A DNA stretch of 62,274 nt, the filler included, from Basidiobolus ranarum (lineage: Eukaryota), in the NCBI GenBank assembly GCA_040143965.1. It is 5 parts of 5 records of this genome, joined end to end, with 100 filler letters (N's around TTAATTAATTAA, not from the genome) between each part and the next. Parts side by side here need not be neighbours in the genome. Positions count along the whole stretch, not along the records: positions 24,975 to 37,346 come from JASJQH010007423.1; positions 37,447 to 49,812 come from JASJQH010007424.1; 3 more parts are not named here. One strand, written 5' to 3'. Position 1 is the stretch's first letter. Every line of letters begins with the position of its first letter. This document shows positions 24,975 through 40,602 of this stretch, in pieces. The notes under the pieces are model-generated. The model was not told where the DNA came from. It saw nothing but the letters and a program-made list of their open reading frames with translations, and did no database searches. Both the position numbers and the translations under genes were made by a program.

Positions 24975-26532
24975 TCTTCTCATGGTACACAGGAAATTGT
25001 CGAGAACAAATCTCCTGAACTTATCTGGTGCATATGCTACTGTTGTGATCTCTACAACAAATACTGAAGTTAATATGCCATTCTGATTCACACAGCATTT
25101 CGTATGATCGAAGAGCCTCTTTTCTCACTTTGGCGATGCCAACACCGATCAAACAACAATCCCTGACATACGAATAGTGTTTGGGGTCACGATCTGGATG
25201 TATTTTTTTTGACTTGCTGTATAGCACTGTTGATACTACTTCCACAGCAGATCACTTGGTTGAGGATCGATGCTTCCAATCTTCTCCTCAAACTACCTTC
25301 GTCGCTGCTGTCGCGAGGAGGTAGTAGGTGAAAGTTCTACTAGTGGATCGATGTAGTGCCGCATCTCTTTATCTTTTGTCTCAAGGATATCTCCAAGTCC
25401 TCTTCACTTCCTGTCTCAGATAGAAATCGAAATGACCAAAGTAAGCTATATTTTAATTTTAGGGGCGATGATTTTCGAGTAGCTAGTTTAATTGGGGAAC
25501 GTCCATATATCGAACACTAAATATACAATCGTAAGCCTCACACTCCATTAGCGCCTTGGAATCTTGATCGTATTCAGATCGATGTAACAATTAACTTAAG
25601 CTCAATTCATAATGTACTGATCACAAAACACAAACCCTTGGTGGCAACTGGACTTAAGGATCCGATCCTTTTTGGGCCAATCAGGAGGATTCAAGGGACA
25701 CATGGAGGTCACGGCGTCCTCCAATCCATCAGAGAAGAGCCTGAGGATTTCCGTTTTGGGATCTTGCGATGATCCTGTAGCTTTTGGTTAAGCATGCAAT
25801 TCTCGTACCAGTTGTTGTGCTTAATATCATAAGCCTTCAGTAGTCTGCAAGTTCTGAAGCAACTCCGGAACACCCCAGTCAGCTTCCACTAGCCTTCCTG
25901 CCAGGCTTTGTGAAGTGGCTGGTCGTAAACTCATTTCGAACCCATCTGGCCAATAAGCGCCATACATCATCGCAACGTAGATACCTCAAACTGAGATAAT
26001 TACGACTACGTCAAAGTGGACTGTTTTGGGCGTTAGCCTTGAAGATCTTGCTGGGAAGCCCTGGTTTGTTTTCCATAAATTTCCTCCCTAAAAGAAAACA
26101 CTGGTCGGACAAATCGGGTACGTATTGCATGGTACTGATCACCAACTTGATCGGAAAAACATGTAGGGATAGCTTGGAATGGTTTTGGCTTCGATATCTC
26201 AATTAATGGGATAATAAAGATCTTAATTATTCCTCCCTGACAGCCAATGAAACGTTGAGCGCCCTTGATTCTGACCAGTCTAGGCTGCAATCACTTGGTA
26301 TTGGCCAAAGTTCTGATGGCCAATCCTGTCTTGGCAGCTGCTTGCTGATCACATCTCTTCTTGATCCATTTCCATTCTAAATCTCTTTTAACAATTGCTC
26401 ATGGTTGCCACAACGAGCAATTTGTTATATAAAGGCAGGTTTGTCCGGGTTGATGTCTTTCATTATTCGGATTCCACGATTTCCTTCATTCGATACACAT
26501 TACAAGCATCACAATCGTCACTGATATTAAGC

Positions 26533-26937
26533 ATGCCCAATTTTCATAAGTTCCTAGAGTCCCTTATTCACCCTAAGAATCAGGCCAGAAATAAATCTGG
26601 GCATCCCGGGTCCAAATCTGAAAATTCAGAGTCTTTTCGCGAGTTAGAGACATTCATCTCGCGGGCCACGTTGGAAAATTATTCTGATGAAGATAAAACC
26701 TATTTCGCTCGCCTTTCCGGTCTACTTGACAAAAATTACCACGAAGTAATGGATAAATCGAATGTATGTAGCTACAGGATCACCTCTGAAGAAGTTCGTG
26801 AGCTAGAAACATTTATTTCCCATTCGTCATTAGAGTCTTACACCCAAGAGCAGAAGGTAGATTTCGCTCGTCTTGCCGGTTTACTGGACAAAAGTTACCG
26901 ACAATTTATGGATGATTCCCATCTCTTGGCTTGTTGA
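26533..26937 (+). CDS. Small hypothetical protein made of two ~53-aa tandem repeats
   Basis: TATATAAA at about 26426 and ATG at 26533. Repeats are RELETFISRATLENYSDEDKTYFARLSGLLDKNY and RELETFISHSSLESYTQEQKVDFARLAGLLDKSY, with many synonymous differences. Confidence 0.75.
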   Translation: MPNFHKFLESLIHPKNQARNKSGHPGSKSENSESFRELETFISRATLENYSDEDKTYFARLSGLLDKNYHEVMDKSNVCSYRITSEEVRELETFISHSSLESYTQEQKVDFARLAGLLDKSYRQFMDDSHLLAC

Positions 26938-29900
26938 AAGTATACCTCACTGCCACTGTCTGCTATCACCATTCAATATTTCGCATTATCCTTTCGCTGT
27001 TCTCAAGGACGAATCTTCGAACTCGAAGATGTACTTACTGTCATTATTTGTTGTATACTATATTACTTATAGAATGTAAATAAGTTTGTTTTTCAAAACC
27101 ACAATGTCAACCCGTAGCTCACACAATATAGAGCCCTAACTTTACTGACCATTCATCATCATTAAGCGAATAAACACACTCCTAAGTAACATAGGCCTAC
27201 TTGATCAATCATGAAGTCACTTCAGTCATTAATTTTGTATGCAAGGGCGGCTCTAACACTTCATCCAAATATCTCTTGCATATCTGCTGCTGACATGCAT
27301 GATTGCTAGCTGATACCGAGATTCTGAATAATCTTAGGCGACTTCCACCAGGGGAAGATCTAAAGCAGATATTTGCTACGATTGTTTGCATCGAACATAA
27401 CATTCATGTACTTTACTCAAAGGGTATGGAATATGTAGACACGGGTCATCGATATGCAGATCTATATTTGGAAAGCACCTACATCATGCATGTAGCTATC
27501 TCATTGACTATGTGAGCTTGGTAGATGTGAAAAGCCTATCTGTATTCACTGACGCTTGTAACGCTTGGTCTAGCGAACCTTGAATGGTGAGATAAATGCA
27601 TGGCCTCACGCTAAATTTAGATTTCTCATGGTACGAGCATTCGTTGATCCAAACGATGACCACGTTTGTGAGGTGGGTTTTCCTGCTTTCCATTTCTGTC
27701 CGTCAAAACAATTGAGAGTGGCTATAATTATCACTCTTGGCATATTGCGGCTGAATTGCTCATTTGATGGAAGAATTGAAAGATGTATCATTCAATCATA
27801 ATCAACGCATTGGAATTCCTTCATTTATTGATGATTTCTGTTGCAGATGACACCGACACCGACACCCTGAAGTGCCATCTACATTGGAGAGGAATCCTAA
27901 TCATTGCTCTCTCTAACACAAGCAGATCAAGTTCGATAATTCCAGATTGCTGCTTAGGTAATAGATTGATTTCAGATTAAATCGCTTTTAGTCCGATTAT
28001 GAAATGAAAACGTGTTGAAGGGGAGATGAGCATTTGGTATCTTAATAACGCAAGTATGACCATCTCACAAAGGATGTCTTTGAGTGATTATATCATGATC
28101 TACTTGTCTTGAGAGGTGCTCCTCCCATTTCTCCCAGTTAGCAATTCCAGTATATTGGTTGGGAATCGGAGTCATAGTTATGATTTGAGTTACTTCGTGT
28201 TTCTATCGATTGAAATTCATCTTTGGTTTGAGACTCGGACAGAGATTACCCTGGTTGTTATTGGCATTGATATACCAGTGAGCTGCAGACTGAGTATTCA
28301 TTACAGCAAAGGCGCCGGGAAGAATACGCAATGAGCCGATTCACCACAACCTGCATACACTATGAACAGGCTGGCTGGCCTCTAGCTAAGTCTTCAGTTG
28401 CTGGCGGGAGTGCGTTCAGCAATTGGAGATGGCTAATTCATGGAACAGCTAAATGAACATAGAAAGGCTGACAGCAGAGAGTTTCACTTCACCATGATGA
28501 GGGAATCCGCACTCAGTCTTCACCCTCCTCCATTATTGATCCATGACATTAATGATGCGCAAATCATTGCATCGTAAGTAGGCGCTCTCCATCCAAAAGT
28601 TGTTTGAATTATAGACACTCCCCCTTTTCCATTTCCCTAAATAATCCATCGACAGCACTCATTCCTGGCTGTATGAATCGTTGATAATTGAACAGACTAA
28701 ACATTGATGTAGATTCCTCATCGCAATCAGAATAGGAATGGGCATGTTTCGACAAGTGAATACAAATACAAATACAAATACAAAAAGTGATCCCAGTTTC
28801 TCAAACTATCTTCAATGATTTCCTTGACACAGAGCCAATAAAGGATCTCACACTCTGGAAATCTCTTTCCCATGCCTTAGTCCCGGAGGATTAAATTACC
28901 TTATTCTACTTAAGCATGTGTAGTATGATGAGCTCGTCCTAGTAGACAACTTAGCGTCGTGTACAAGTCAAACCAAGCCTGCTCCTGTATAGATAGATTT
29001 CGCCCAAATGACACTCTTGACTCTGGTTCGATAATTGGGGATATCGTATACCTATCGAGTAATCTTTTTTCTAGACAAATGAGAACGTGATTGCCCACCG
29101 CCTCCAACTGGAAAAAATGTGTCAGAGGCCATGGATACAAACACCACTAAAGCCCGTGACTTGATCGTTCGATCGTTTTTGAAGGAGACTTCAAGAGAGA
29201 ATTACGACGTAAACATTCACATCCAGAGATGGTCTATTATGACTGCTACTTTAGCATCGATAAACTCCATAATTGGTATTATCTAGAGCTCCTCAATTAG
29301 GTTGATTAAGTTTCCCGATAAAGTTCGCGAAGTCAAAAAAAGCGCCGGAAAAGTGGAGAATACACTAATTATCAACCAAATGGGAAATTAAGCTATATAA
29401 TCTATCATTCAACTTGATTCGTTTGTAAATATACATTAGCTATGTTTCGAACTCAGCCAGAATGGATAAGTTCTAGCTATTCGTGTTGAAATCACCGATG
29501 GTGCTGATAAAAGTGAAAAACTGACTTGCTCCAGTGGGAAGTATACGTTAACCCCAATATTGTCTTTGAGATGGGGGTGAAGGCACCACGGAAGGGTAAA
29601 CACATCCTTAGAATGCAACATTCTCTATATTTCTCCCGAGAAATTGCCATCATCCTCATAGGAGCTCTTCTTCCGGTTGAGACCTTCCAGTAGCGTGGAG
29701 CCACATCTGTCATATGACCACTTGCTCCGAAATGAATTCAGTTTTGTCGTAGCATAGCCAAGTGATCCCCTAATGAGAGAACAGGAGTGGATAAGGCGAG
29801 GATCTCAATGGTATGGGTATCGGGCTGATTCTTTTCATAAAAGAAAAGCTCTCCTTCCATATTGGCTTGTTTGGAAGCCATTTTCAGCCTCACTGATCCA

Positions 29901-31044
29901 AAACCGTAGAGAGAAGTGAAAGAAGAGGCCAGTGTATGCCCAGGCATGTCCTAGATTGAAATGGAAAATTGCACTTGTATATGGAAGTAGCTTATTTAAA
30001 ATTAGTATTGAGGTTAGCGGTATGCAATTAGCCCGACGAGAAAGATAATCCGGGTAATTTATGAAAGCCGTGTAAACCTGAATATTTTGCCCAGTAGCTC
30101 AAATGGGCCTTCTCGAGATAAAGAAGGACCCTGCTGGGAAATACTTGTATTGTATACGATCTTAATACTGAAATACTTGAGAATATTATAGTTGTGGGTT
30201 ACTGGTTTTAGCATGTAGTGATCTAGGACCCGATTGGACTTGACAATTGTAGCTACTCAGTTTCTTTAATATTTTTCAACTTTGAGACTGTGTGGAGTGC
30301 TATTACAGGTTGATTAAGGGTGAACTTGGCTAGAAGGTAAAGGGGAAAAGGGTTGACTCATGTTCCTTATCTTGTCTTTAGATTGTTGAACAGCACATAA
30401 TATTCAAGGACGTGGATGTAAATTCCATAGGTTTTGATGTAGCCATGTTCTCTCACTAGCATAAACCTTGTCTTTTCTCTCTACATATCATATCTTTTGT
30501 ATTTATTCTAGTCAATATCTGGGGTAGTGATTTTTTCCTTGTTGGTTTTTATGACAAGTATTTATTTTCAATGGGATACTTGTTCTCCTGATTGATAGCA
30601 CTTGCCTGATTGTACTTGAAAGTTAGGACTACTGGGCGTATATGCCCACACACAATTTGCGAATCAGAAAGATAGATTTAACATGAACATGACTATTTAG
30701 CAAGAATGGATGACAAGGGTTAGAAATATGGCTTGTGCTTGCTCCACAGTATATGGTACACGAGTTGGTTTACTCAGCTCATTGCATCTATTATCTTATT
30801 AGCTCAACTTGTATTTACTGTCAAAGGTGTAAATGAATATAGCCTAGCTTTGTGAAATTTGTACTATTCATCCTAGCAGTTCAGCCTACAAAAGTATATG
30901 CTTATTTTATTTAGATATTTCAGAAACCCCAGTCGTATGCTTAAGATATATAATTATAAACTAAATTCCGTGGTTGATTATTATTGAAATTAAGAATGAC
31001 ATGTCTCCTCTCTGATTTGAAAACTTTGCCAAGAAGGTGGTAAT

Positions 31045-31737
31045 TACTGAAATTAGCATTGCCTAAGCACCTATATAGTCATATATAGCTTAGTATTTAG
31101 TTATCTTGAATTGAACTAAGATATCACTCATCATTCTCCAGAGGAATTTACTTAGAAGTTCTCAGATATCTAGATTTTTCAAAGATGCCCCAAACTTTGC
31201 ACACATGTTCCTGGGACCTTCCTTAACACATCTTACATGTTAGTTTGTTTACATCTTGACAAAAGTATAAATGTCAACTGAATACTCAATAAATCAATAA
31301 GTGAAAACCACCAATTTCTCTAATTCTCCAAACCACTTCCAACAGGCTCCCAAATACTTCAATAGAAATTATCATTGCCTAAGCATCTATATAGTCATAT
31401 ATAGCTTAGTATTTAGTTATCCTATATTGAACTAAGATATCACCCATTATTCTCCAGTGGAATTAACTTAGAAGTTCTCAGATATATAGATTTTTCAATA
31501 TAGCTAGAAACTTGGCACACTTGGTTCTGGGACCTTCCTTAGCACATTATACATGCTAGTTTGCTTACATCTTGACAAAACTATAAATATCTACTTTCTA
31601 TTCAATAAATCAATAAGTGAAAACCACCAATTTCTCTAGTTCTCCAAACCACTTCCAACAGGTTCCCAAAATACTTTAACACTAAATACTAAATTATATG
31701 TGACTATATAGATGTTTAGGCCATGCTTATTTCATCA
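31045..31737 (+). mobile_element. Two head-to-tail Copia-family LTRs (31045-31364, 31365-31681) plus an inverted LTR 5' fragment (31682-31737)
   Basis: Both copies align to the LTR at about 60836-61159, which is followed by a Copia PBS and gag. Ends are TACTTCAATA and TACTTTAACA. No CpG. Confidence 0.88.
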
Positions 31738-33924
31738 GGATGATGGATCAAGAGTGTTCATTAAGCATATAAACATAACAGTCTCATAATGAAGTATTTT
31801 CCACCAGAAACCATAGAAGCTGTAACATCATACTTACGTATGATGGATTCATTCGACTAGAGTGACAAGTAGACAGGCTTGAATATCTAGCATATTGAAC
31901 CAGCTTCGCATAAAAATACATTTCAGGTATCCTGTAATCACTATAAGTATCTACTGATTTTCCATAGATACTATTATATACTTATGTAGTTGTAAAGTTC
32001 AACTATTTATGTCCCAACTTGCTTATAATATGGAAGTTCAATCAGGTAAGTCCTCATATAATTAAGGTTTAGCATCAGATGCATGACTATTTCACTTCCT
32101 GATCTTTACTCAGCATCTTATTTAAAATATGTAAAGTGTTGCATCATGGTTCTAATAAGTATGATGAGAAAAATCATTTACTTGGCACTCATCATACTGG
32201 AGTAAACACTCTAGAACAATTTTTCATTACCCTACTTGCGCGAGCAAATACAGTGATCAAATATGGCTACAGCATAGCCTTGTAGGAGTTAGGGTCTGTA
32301 CTTTAGCAAGGAGGGATTGACATGAGATGCAATGAATAATTACAAGCATAACCACTTCTGGCTAATAGACATGGTCCTCTCATTATATGTTAGTGTAAAC
32401 CTGCGTTCAACTTGCCCTGAGAAGCCCACACCATTGATAAGGAGATGCATGTACCGTCAAATCATTACCCAGAATTGGCATTTTATTAAGGCATGAGGTC
32501 ATGAAATGTTATATTCCATTCATATTCCAATCCTTTCCTCAACAAACTAAAGGAGTTCGCGAAAGTTCGATATTGCGTGTAGCAAAATCCATGCTCCCCA
32601 TGCGGGTTATATGTGGAAGAGCGTTTGGCATAGAGAGATGCACGAATATCATCAATACTGGCGCAACGTCTGCGGATGCTGGCGAGTTGACCGAATGTTA
32701 CTGGATATGACGGAGTGTAAATACCATTCTGGATACTACCAAAATTTAAGCTGCACAGTGGTGGCGATCCTTAGAGTATGCAATCAAATGCAGATAGCGT
32801 CTAATATGCCTTACTAGGCACGAAAGAGCACCAACGTAACGAGTCACTTGCTCCAGCGCCACAGCAAATGAAAGGATCTTCTCCAATGCACAGAAGACGT
32901 GGCAATCGTTGATAAAGGGGGCGCTGCAGTTTCAACAAGCTACTCTTACACACTCCATAACTAATCGGAGCTTGATTTGACAACAGCTTGCTCGATTTGA
33001 TTGAAATATTTCGATGTACTTGGAAATGGGTTACACTAGACAGGCTGTGTATCCCCAAACTCGATCAGTTATGGATTTCTCGTGCTGCACTGTGGCAGCG
33101 AGTACATATTCTCTATGGAAGAGAATACAAATGATATAATGCTACAGTATTGAGTTTGTTATACATTTTCAGAGCTCCAATGCTCAGTCCACTTGATGTG
33201 TCCAGACATTCCTTGATCAGCTTTGCCTTGCTCGTGGATTTCATGTATTAGGTGCTTTACTTTTGCGTACACAATTATCCTTTGTCTCCATCGAGTTTAG
33301 GTTTTTCCTTTTTGGTAATTGCCATTCAATACCATCACTTGCCCTACTTGATTAGCCTCATTTGCTTGTGTATATTAACTCGAATCATCCCAAAAGTAAA
33401 TAAATGAAATCACTGTGTCAAGCTGTTCAATTGTTTCAAGTAATAATATAAACAATATACTTGCAAGCATTTAATCTTTATTTTACAATTTGTACTATTT
33501 TCTACTACTTTCTAACAGGTCTTTAAACAACGCCTTTTCCATCCACGCCCCTTTTCTTAATCGATCATATACACTTCTGCTATTAAACTTATCCAGCACT
33601 CACCAGGCTACTTATCCCTCTCTCCGAAAAGCCTATTCCAAAATAGCCTTTCTTTCCCACACTCTGTTCTCTACCTTTTTCCAACGCGCTGGTCGTTCAA
33701 GTAAATCACTGAGACAAACCTTCTCTAGGTTAAATTCAGCTATTTCTTCAAACTTTACATAACATTGTTATCCATTTCCCCTTTCGATTGCCATTAACGT
33801 CTCCAACATTAAACTCCATTTTCTTACCTTCGATAATTATTTGTGAAAGCACTCTTATTTCTATTCACAACTCACCTTACAAACATTTGTCAAAATTCTC
33901 GCCTTACTTTGCCTCCTTCACCTT

Positions 33925-36597
33925 ATGTCGGATCCACAGCCTACTATATTGATTACAGAATCACCTATCAGTGAAACTCCGCCTTCTGACTTTAACTTGA
34001 GAGTATATTAGTCATTTAATGTCATATATAGACTTTCCAGTAGTATTAACACCAAGTGCACTTTTGTAGCTACTCAAGAAAACCAGTTCCAAACCTCGAC
34101 AAGATTCTTGTTTGGATTCGGTTGATAAAATGGACAATACTCCAACTGGCTTTATGAAAACCTCTCTTTCTACCTTTAATGACGATACTTTTCTCGATGA
34201 GCTCGCTCCTGGCCTAAGAATTGAACAAGAGGCCGGTATCATCGCCAAGAAACTATACCTAGATGATAAAGAACTATTTAAGAAAGAAGATATCGCTCAG
34301 TTTCTTGGGAAACGGTATATACATGCACCCTCTCTATTTCCTATTGGAAAATTATCCGTTGATACTAATACGCAACTCTTTAGAGGGGAACTGAACGTTT
34401 TAACTCTAGAAAAGTATATGAACCATTTTGACTTCTCCAGAATGCGACTTGAGGATGCTTTCCGGTAAAGTACTAGCCGTATTGCCCTACTCTCGAGTCA
34501 TGTTTCTCATAATTTTCATAAATATTTAGCTACTTTTGTTCAAAACTTTTCTTAAGGGGTGAATCGCAAGCAATCGACAGGATCCTTAATCAATTTGCAC
34601 GAAGATATTGGGAGTGTAACCATAACAGTGTTTTTTCAAATCAAGGTACATTTACATTTATGAATATGGAGTACTTTCAATTCTCTCAAAGACTCATCTG
34701 ATTTAATCGTATGGCGGACTGAAGATACTGTATATACTATCGTGTACTCATTATTATTACTCAATACGGATCTCCACGTGGCCAATATCAACAATAAGAT
34801 TTCAAAGCAAGATTTTGTCAAAAATACTCTAGCAACAGTTCGAGCATGCTCTTTACTCGATGCCAACAACGATAATACAATAGGCTCAGTTGCTAGTAAA
34901 ACCAATTTTTCTAGTAGATCTAGTAGTTTTGGCTCAGAAAGTGAATATGGCAGCTATAGTAGTCATACAAGTTGCAACGGGGACGACCTTACTTCGCTAT
35001 TAAAAGAAATGTATTCCTCTATAAAACACAATCAAATCCCACAACCTTTTGATTGTAAGCCTAGGCGTAGATCCTCTACAATGAGCATCATTGGAAGCCT
35101 CGGTTTGACTAGATCTCAATCTGCCCATACTCTGAGGAAGGTTCGAAGCAAGCTAAGCTCGAAGCCATCTTCACCTAGTATTAATCGCCGCGGTAGCCGA
35201 AACTCGTTTCTCACCGGAAGTAGTAACGCATCTATCGGATCAACTGAACCCCCCTCACCCATTAGGACTGTTTCGTCTACAAACACTTCATTGGGGATTG
35301 AAACTTATGGTTATTCAAAGTCTGGTATGCTTATACGTAAACATCTATTCGAAAAAACAGATAAGAAAGCACACAATCGTCAATGGAAAAACTGTTTCTT
35401 GGTAGTGGATCGTGGTGACTTAAAAATGTTTAAAACCAGTAAAGGTTACCAACGTGGAGATAACTCTGATCTTGTGGTATATATTTCGGAAGTGATATCA
35501 AATCATTCATTTACTAAAATCGTACTTGGTTTGTATTTAGGATGCCTCTGTGCAAATGGGACATATCCCACTTCGACATAGCTTAACTATTGCCCTTCCA
35601 CCTCCTGGTTACTCTCCAACTCGGTCACATGTTTTTGCCGTTCAACTTCCTAATGGTGGTGTTTATTTATTTCAAACCGAGTCACGTGAACTGGTTCAAG
35701 AGTGGGTTAGTGTATGTAATTACTGGTCAGCTAGAGAATCAAAAGAGCCCATGCCTGGCGGTGTATGTAATGTTGATTATGGCTGGAAGAAAAGCTTTGA
35801 GTCCAAGACTAAGTTGGAGATTGAACTTCCTTTGCCAATTGGTTACGATGATCACGCATCCATAAGTGAATGGGCTCAGCCTACTAACCCTATGATCAGC
35901 TCGAGTCTCAGTGAGGTACGTTAACAAAGGAACAAAAATATCTCCAGAATGCATTCTAAATTCGTCTGATTACCATAGCATGCTCAACTTCAAACCCTTC
36001 TCCGGTATAATATATTCCTGGAGACAGAACTGGCTGAACATATGGAGCTCAGAAGTGTAATTCTTCAACGGGTTCGTTTCAAATTCAGGTTAAATGTTTG
36101 TTGTATAGAGACTAACATTTTATATTTATCTTCAATGAAAGTTCTCACCTAAATCCTCCAATATGAGTCGAGCTTTTTCAAACTGGGAACGAAAATCTCA
36201 ACATCTATTGCGAGAATTGATTAAATACCAAACATACGCAGATTCACTTAAATCGACTTTAGATTTTCTATCTGATCTGGATGAAGACGACTCTACTTGC
36301 TTGAGTGGCCCGCGCCATTCTAACTCCGATGTATTTGTGCCCAGCCCCTTGCGTCAATCCCAAAGATCAGTAACTGCCCCCGCCACATTAGTTAATGGTG
36401 ATGAATCCAATTATCAGGAGATTGAAAAAACTACTGAACTAAATCCACTTCGATGGGCTGGACTCGACGAAGTAACTTCACAAGAGAAGAAGATCATATA
36501 CGAATCCAATGCTTTTGAGATGGCTGGATTAGAGGTAGATGATGATAGTGTCTACGAATTATGTAGGGAGCACCTAAGTTCTTCCGAGTCAGAATGA
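33925..36597 (+). CDS. Sec7 + PH domain ARF guanine-nucleotide exchange factor (EFA6/PSD/Yel1/Syt1-type)
   Basis: Sec7 domain: YMNHFDFSRMRLEDAFR, LFLKGESQAIDRILNQFARRYWECN (glutamic finger), YSLLLLNTDLH. PH domain: GMLIRKHLFEKTDKKAHNRQWK, LRHSLTIALPPPGYSPTRSHVFAVQLPNGGVYLFQ, NYWSARESKEP. C-terminal coiled coil NWERKSQHLLREL. Confidence 0.92.
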
Positions 36598-37346
36598 CTT
36601 GGCTGATTTCAGTGAGGCTCAGGCATGATATGTTATTACGACACTTCCACTCCATTTTGCTCCTCGCATGCTCTGATCAACATGATCTTTCAGCCGTGTT
36701 CACCAAACCATTTTTTGTTTGTAATCAACTACAGGTTCAACCCACGCCCTCTCATACATCAATTAAAGACACCTAATAATTTTTGAACTTCTACACATGT
36801 ATTTCCACCTCTCCATCAATACTTGCTGAATAGATTGAGTCCAATCCAAGCTCGGCGTTCTAACCAGCCGAATTTTAATACTTTAAACCGAGAATCCCCC
36901 AGTAAAATCACAAACCTCCGCTCCCCATGCCAATAAAGTACGCTAACAACTCAAACATTTCCCGAGACAATTGAGCGAAATACAACCAACAAGGAAAGAA
37001 CATTCTTGTGTATCCAGAAACAAATTCCCATCTAATTCAACGATTTGTACTACGAAACCTCACGTATGACAGTATACTAGGCGTGGTAACGAAGAGAAGT
37101 CCGAAGTCAATTCGATTGGGGAAGATACCAGAAAGAAGCAGTGTGGGACAGACTTCAAATACATTCGTTGAGTTACTTTCATCCATTTTCCCACCTTTTC
37201 TCTCCCTATTAAGGAATCAACTTGACTTTCTTAAATGGATTTAGACTACTTAAGGCAGGTTATTGTTGTCTGATCACATCACATCTGTTGATTCGAATGA
37301 GATGGATCATTGTGGGTGGGTTTCAGTAGGTCACCTCGGAACTTGA

Positions 37347-37446
37347 NNNNNNNNNNNNNNNNNNNNNNNNNNNNNNNNNNNNNNNNNNNNTTAATTAATT
37401 AANNNNNNNNNNNNNNNNNNNNNNNNNNNNNNNNNNNNNNNNNNNN
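37347..37446. other. Artificial contig spacer
   Basis: N44-TTAATTAATTAA-N44. Confidence 0.99.
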
Positions 37447-38180
37447 ACCGAAATTTCCATGTAAATACATAATACCACTGTATATTTGATTCCAAGCAAG
37501 CTCTTTATTTCAATGTTGGAAATGGCATAAAATCCATTGAATATCCAACCAAGATCTTACGAGAATTGGCTGCTCAAAGCTGGATACTCTAACGAGTACC
37601 TCAATCTATTGTTCATTTGACAATCGATTTAGCAACGATGAAGTGGAAGCATCTGAAAGGTGTATCTTCTCGCTAATAGTGGATGAGATGGTAATAATGG
37701 TGGATGAGATCGTTCACTAAGTGGTTAAAGCAGACAGGCTAAATGAATTAAAGTTTGTTATTCACCAATCAGCTTATTTGGCAATGGAAAAACCATATCC
37801 CGCTTGTCAATAGCGATACTATCTCATTACCTATATAGTCACTTGTATCTTGTGCTTCTGTGTAATTCTTCGATCCAAGGTAGTGTCCAGCAATGATCCT
37901 TTTTAGAATCTTTGTACTTCATAATCGCGTTGGAGTACCGCATCTTTTGGGGGAAATGTAGATTGTGTGAAATGACACCCAAAATCCGATGTGAATTAGA
38001 AATGGAGCGTACTTCAATGGGAAATTTCCCTATTTGACATTTCTCAAGTTTAATTGGATGTTTAATTTATCTTCATAAATACTTCAACGTACAAAAATGG
38101 AAAATGGAGGGTAAATGAAAGACAGAAAATGTACAGGAATGCTTGTTTGACGGGATATCTTTAACAGAGGATATATGGCA

Positions 38181-40000
<1,820 letters not shown>

Positions 40001-40602
40001 TTGATTAGAACAAAGTAAAGATGAATATTCAGCAGTGAGAGCTTTAGTAAGATCGAAGATCTAACAATACTAAAACCGAGTTTGTGAGAAATCTGGGAAT
40101 CAATCAAATCAAAAGCACGTTCCATTCGTGATAAATCTTACTTTATCTCTTCATAATGTGTGACAAGGAAAGGTCGAAGCTCGCTGAACCAGTATGAATG
40201 ATGGGATCGTATAGATATTATATATTGATCATGAAACACCGAAGAGCTCTACCGACATGGTTCAGATTTCCCATTTCAGTCGTTAGTACGGACTTTGTGG
40301 TACCTACATCCACATCCACACCCACTAGAAATTGGCAACAATACAGGGATAGCAAAGGGATAGTAAAGTCTCTTGGCATCCACAATATTAATACAAGAAA
40401 TCGGATCCCCTCAAACCCATTTGTTTGTCAAGATCGAACACTGCATGTGAATTAATATATGGTGATAATGTATCAACGAATCTGTGCAACTCAGAGTGCG
40501 AATAAACAATGGATTTTATTAAACCGTATCGAGGCATCTCCCGAGGTATCCATCTGTTCCAACAGGGAAAATACAATCTAAAACTAACCCACAAGTGCTC
40601 AA

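Noticed and set aside
30301-30765. Possible second LTR family ending at a TGGTACACGAG PBS-like site
   Set aside because: Termini and PBS are too degenerate, with no second copy or downstream gag to support it.
32750-32900. Plus-strand WW...SSATANERIFS resembling a hAT dimerisation motif
   Set aside because: Motif spacing is wrong, there are several stops, and the region is CpG-rich unlike the true transposon relics here.
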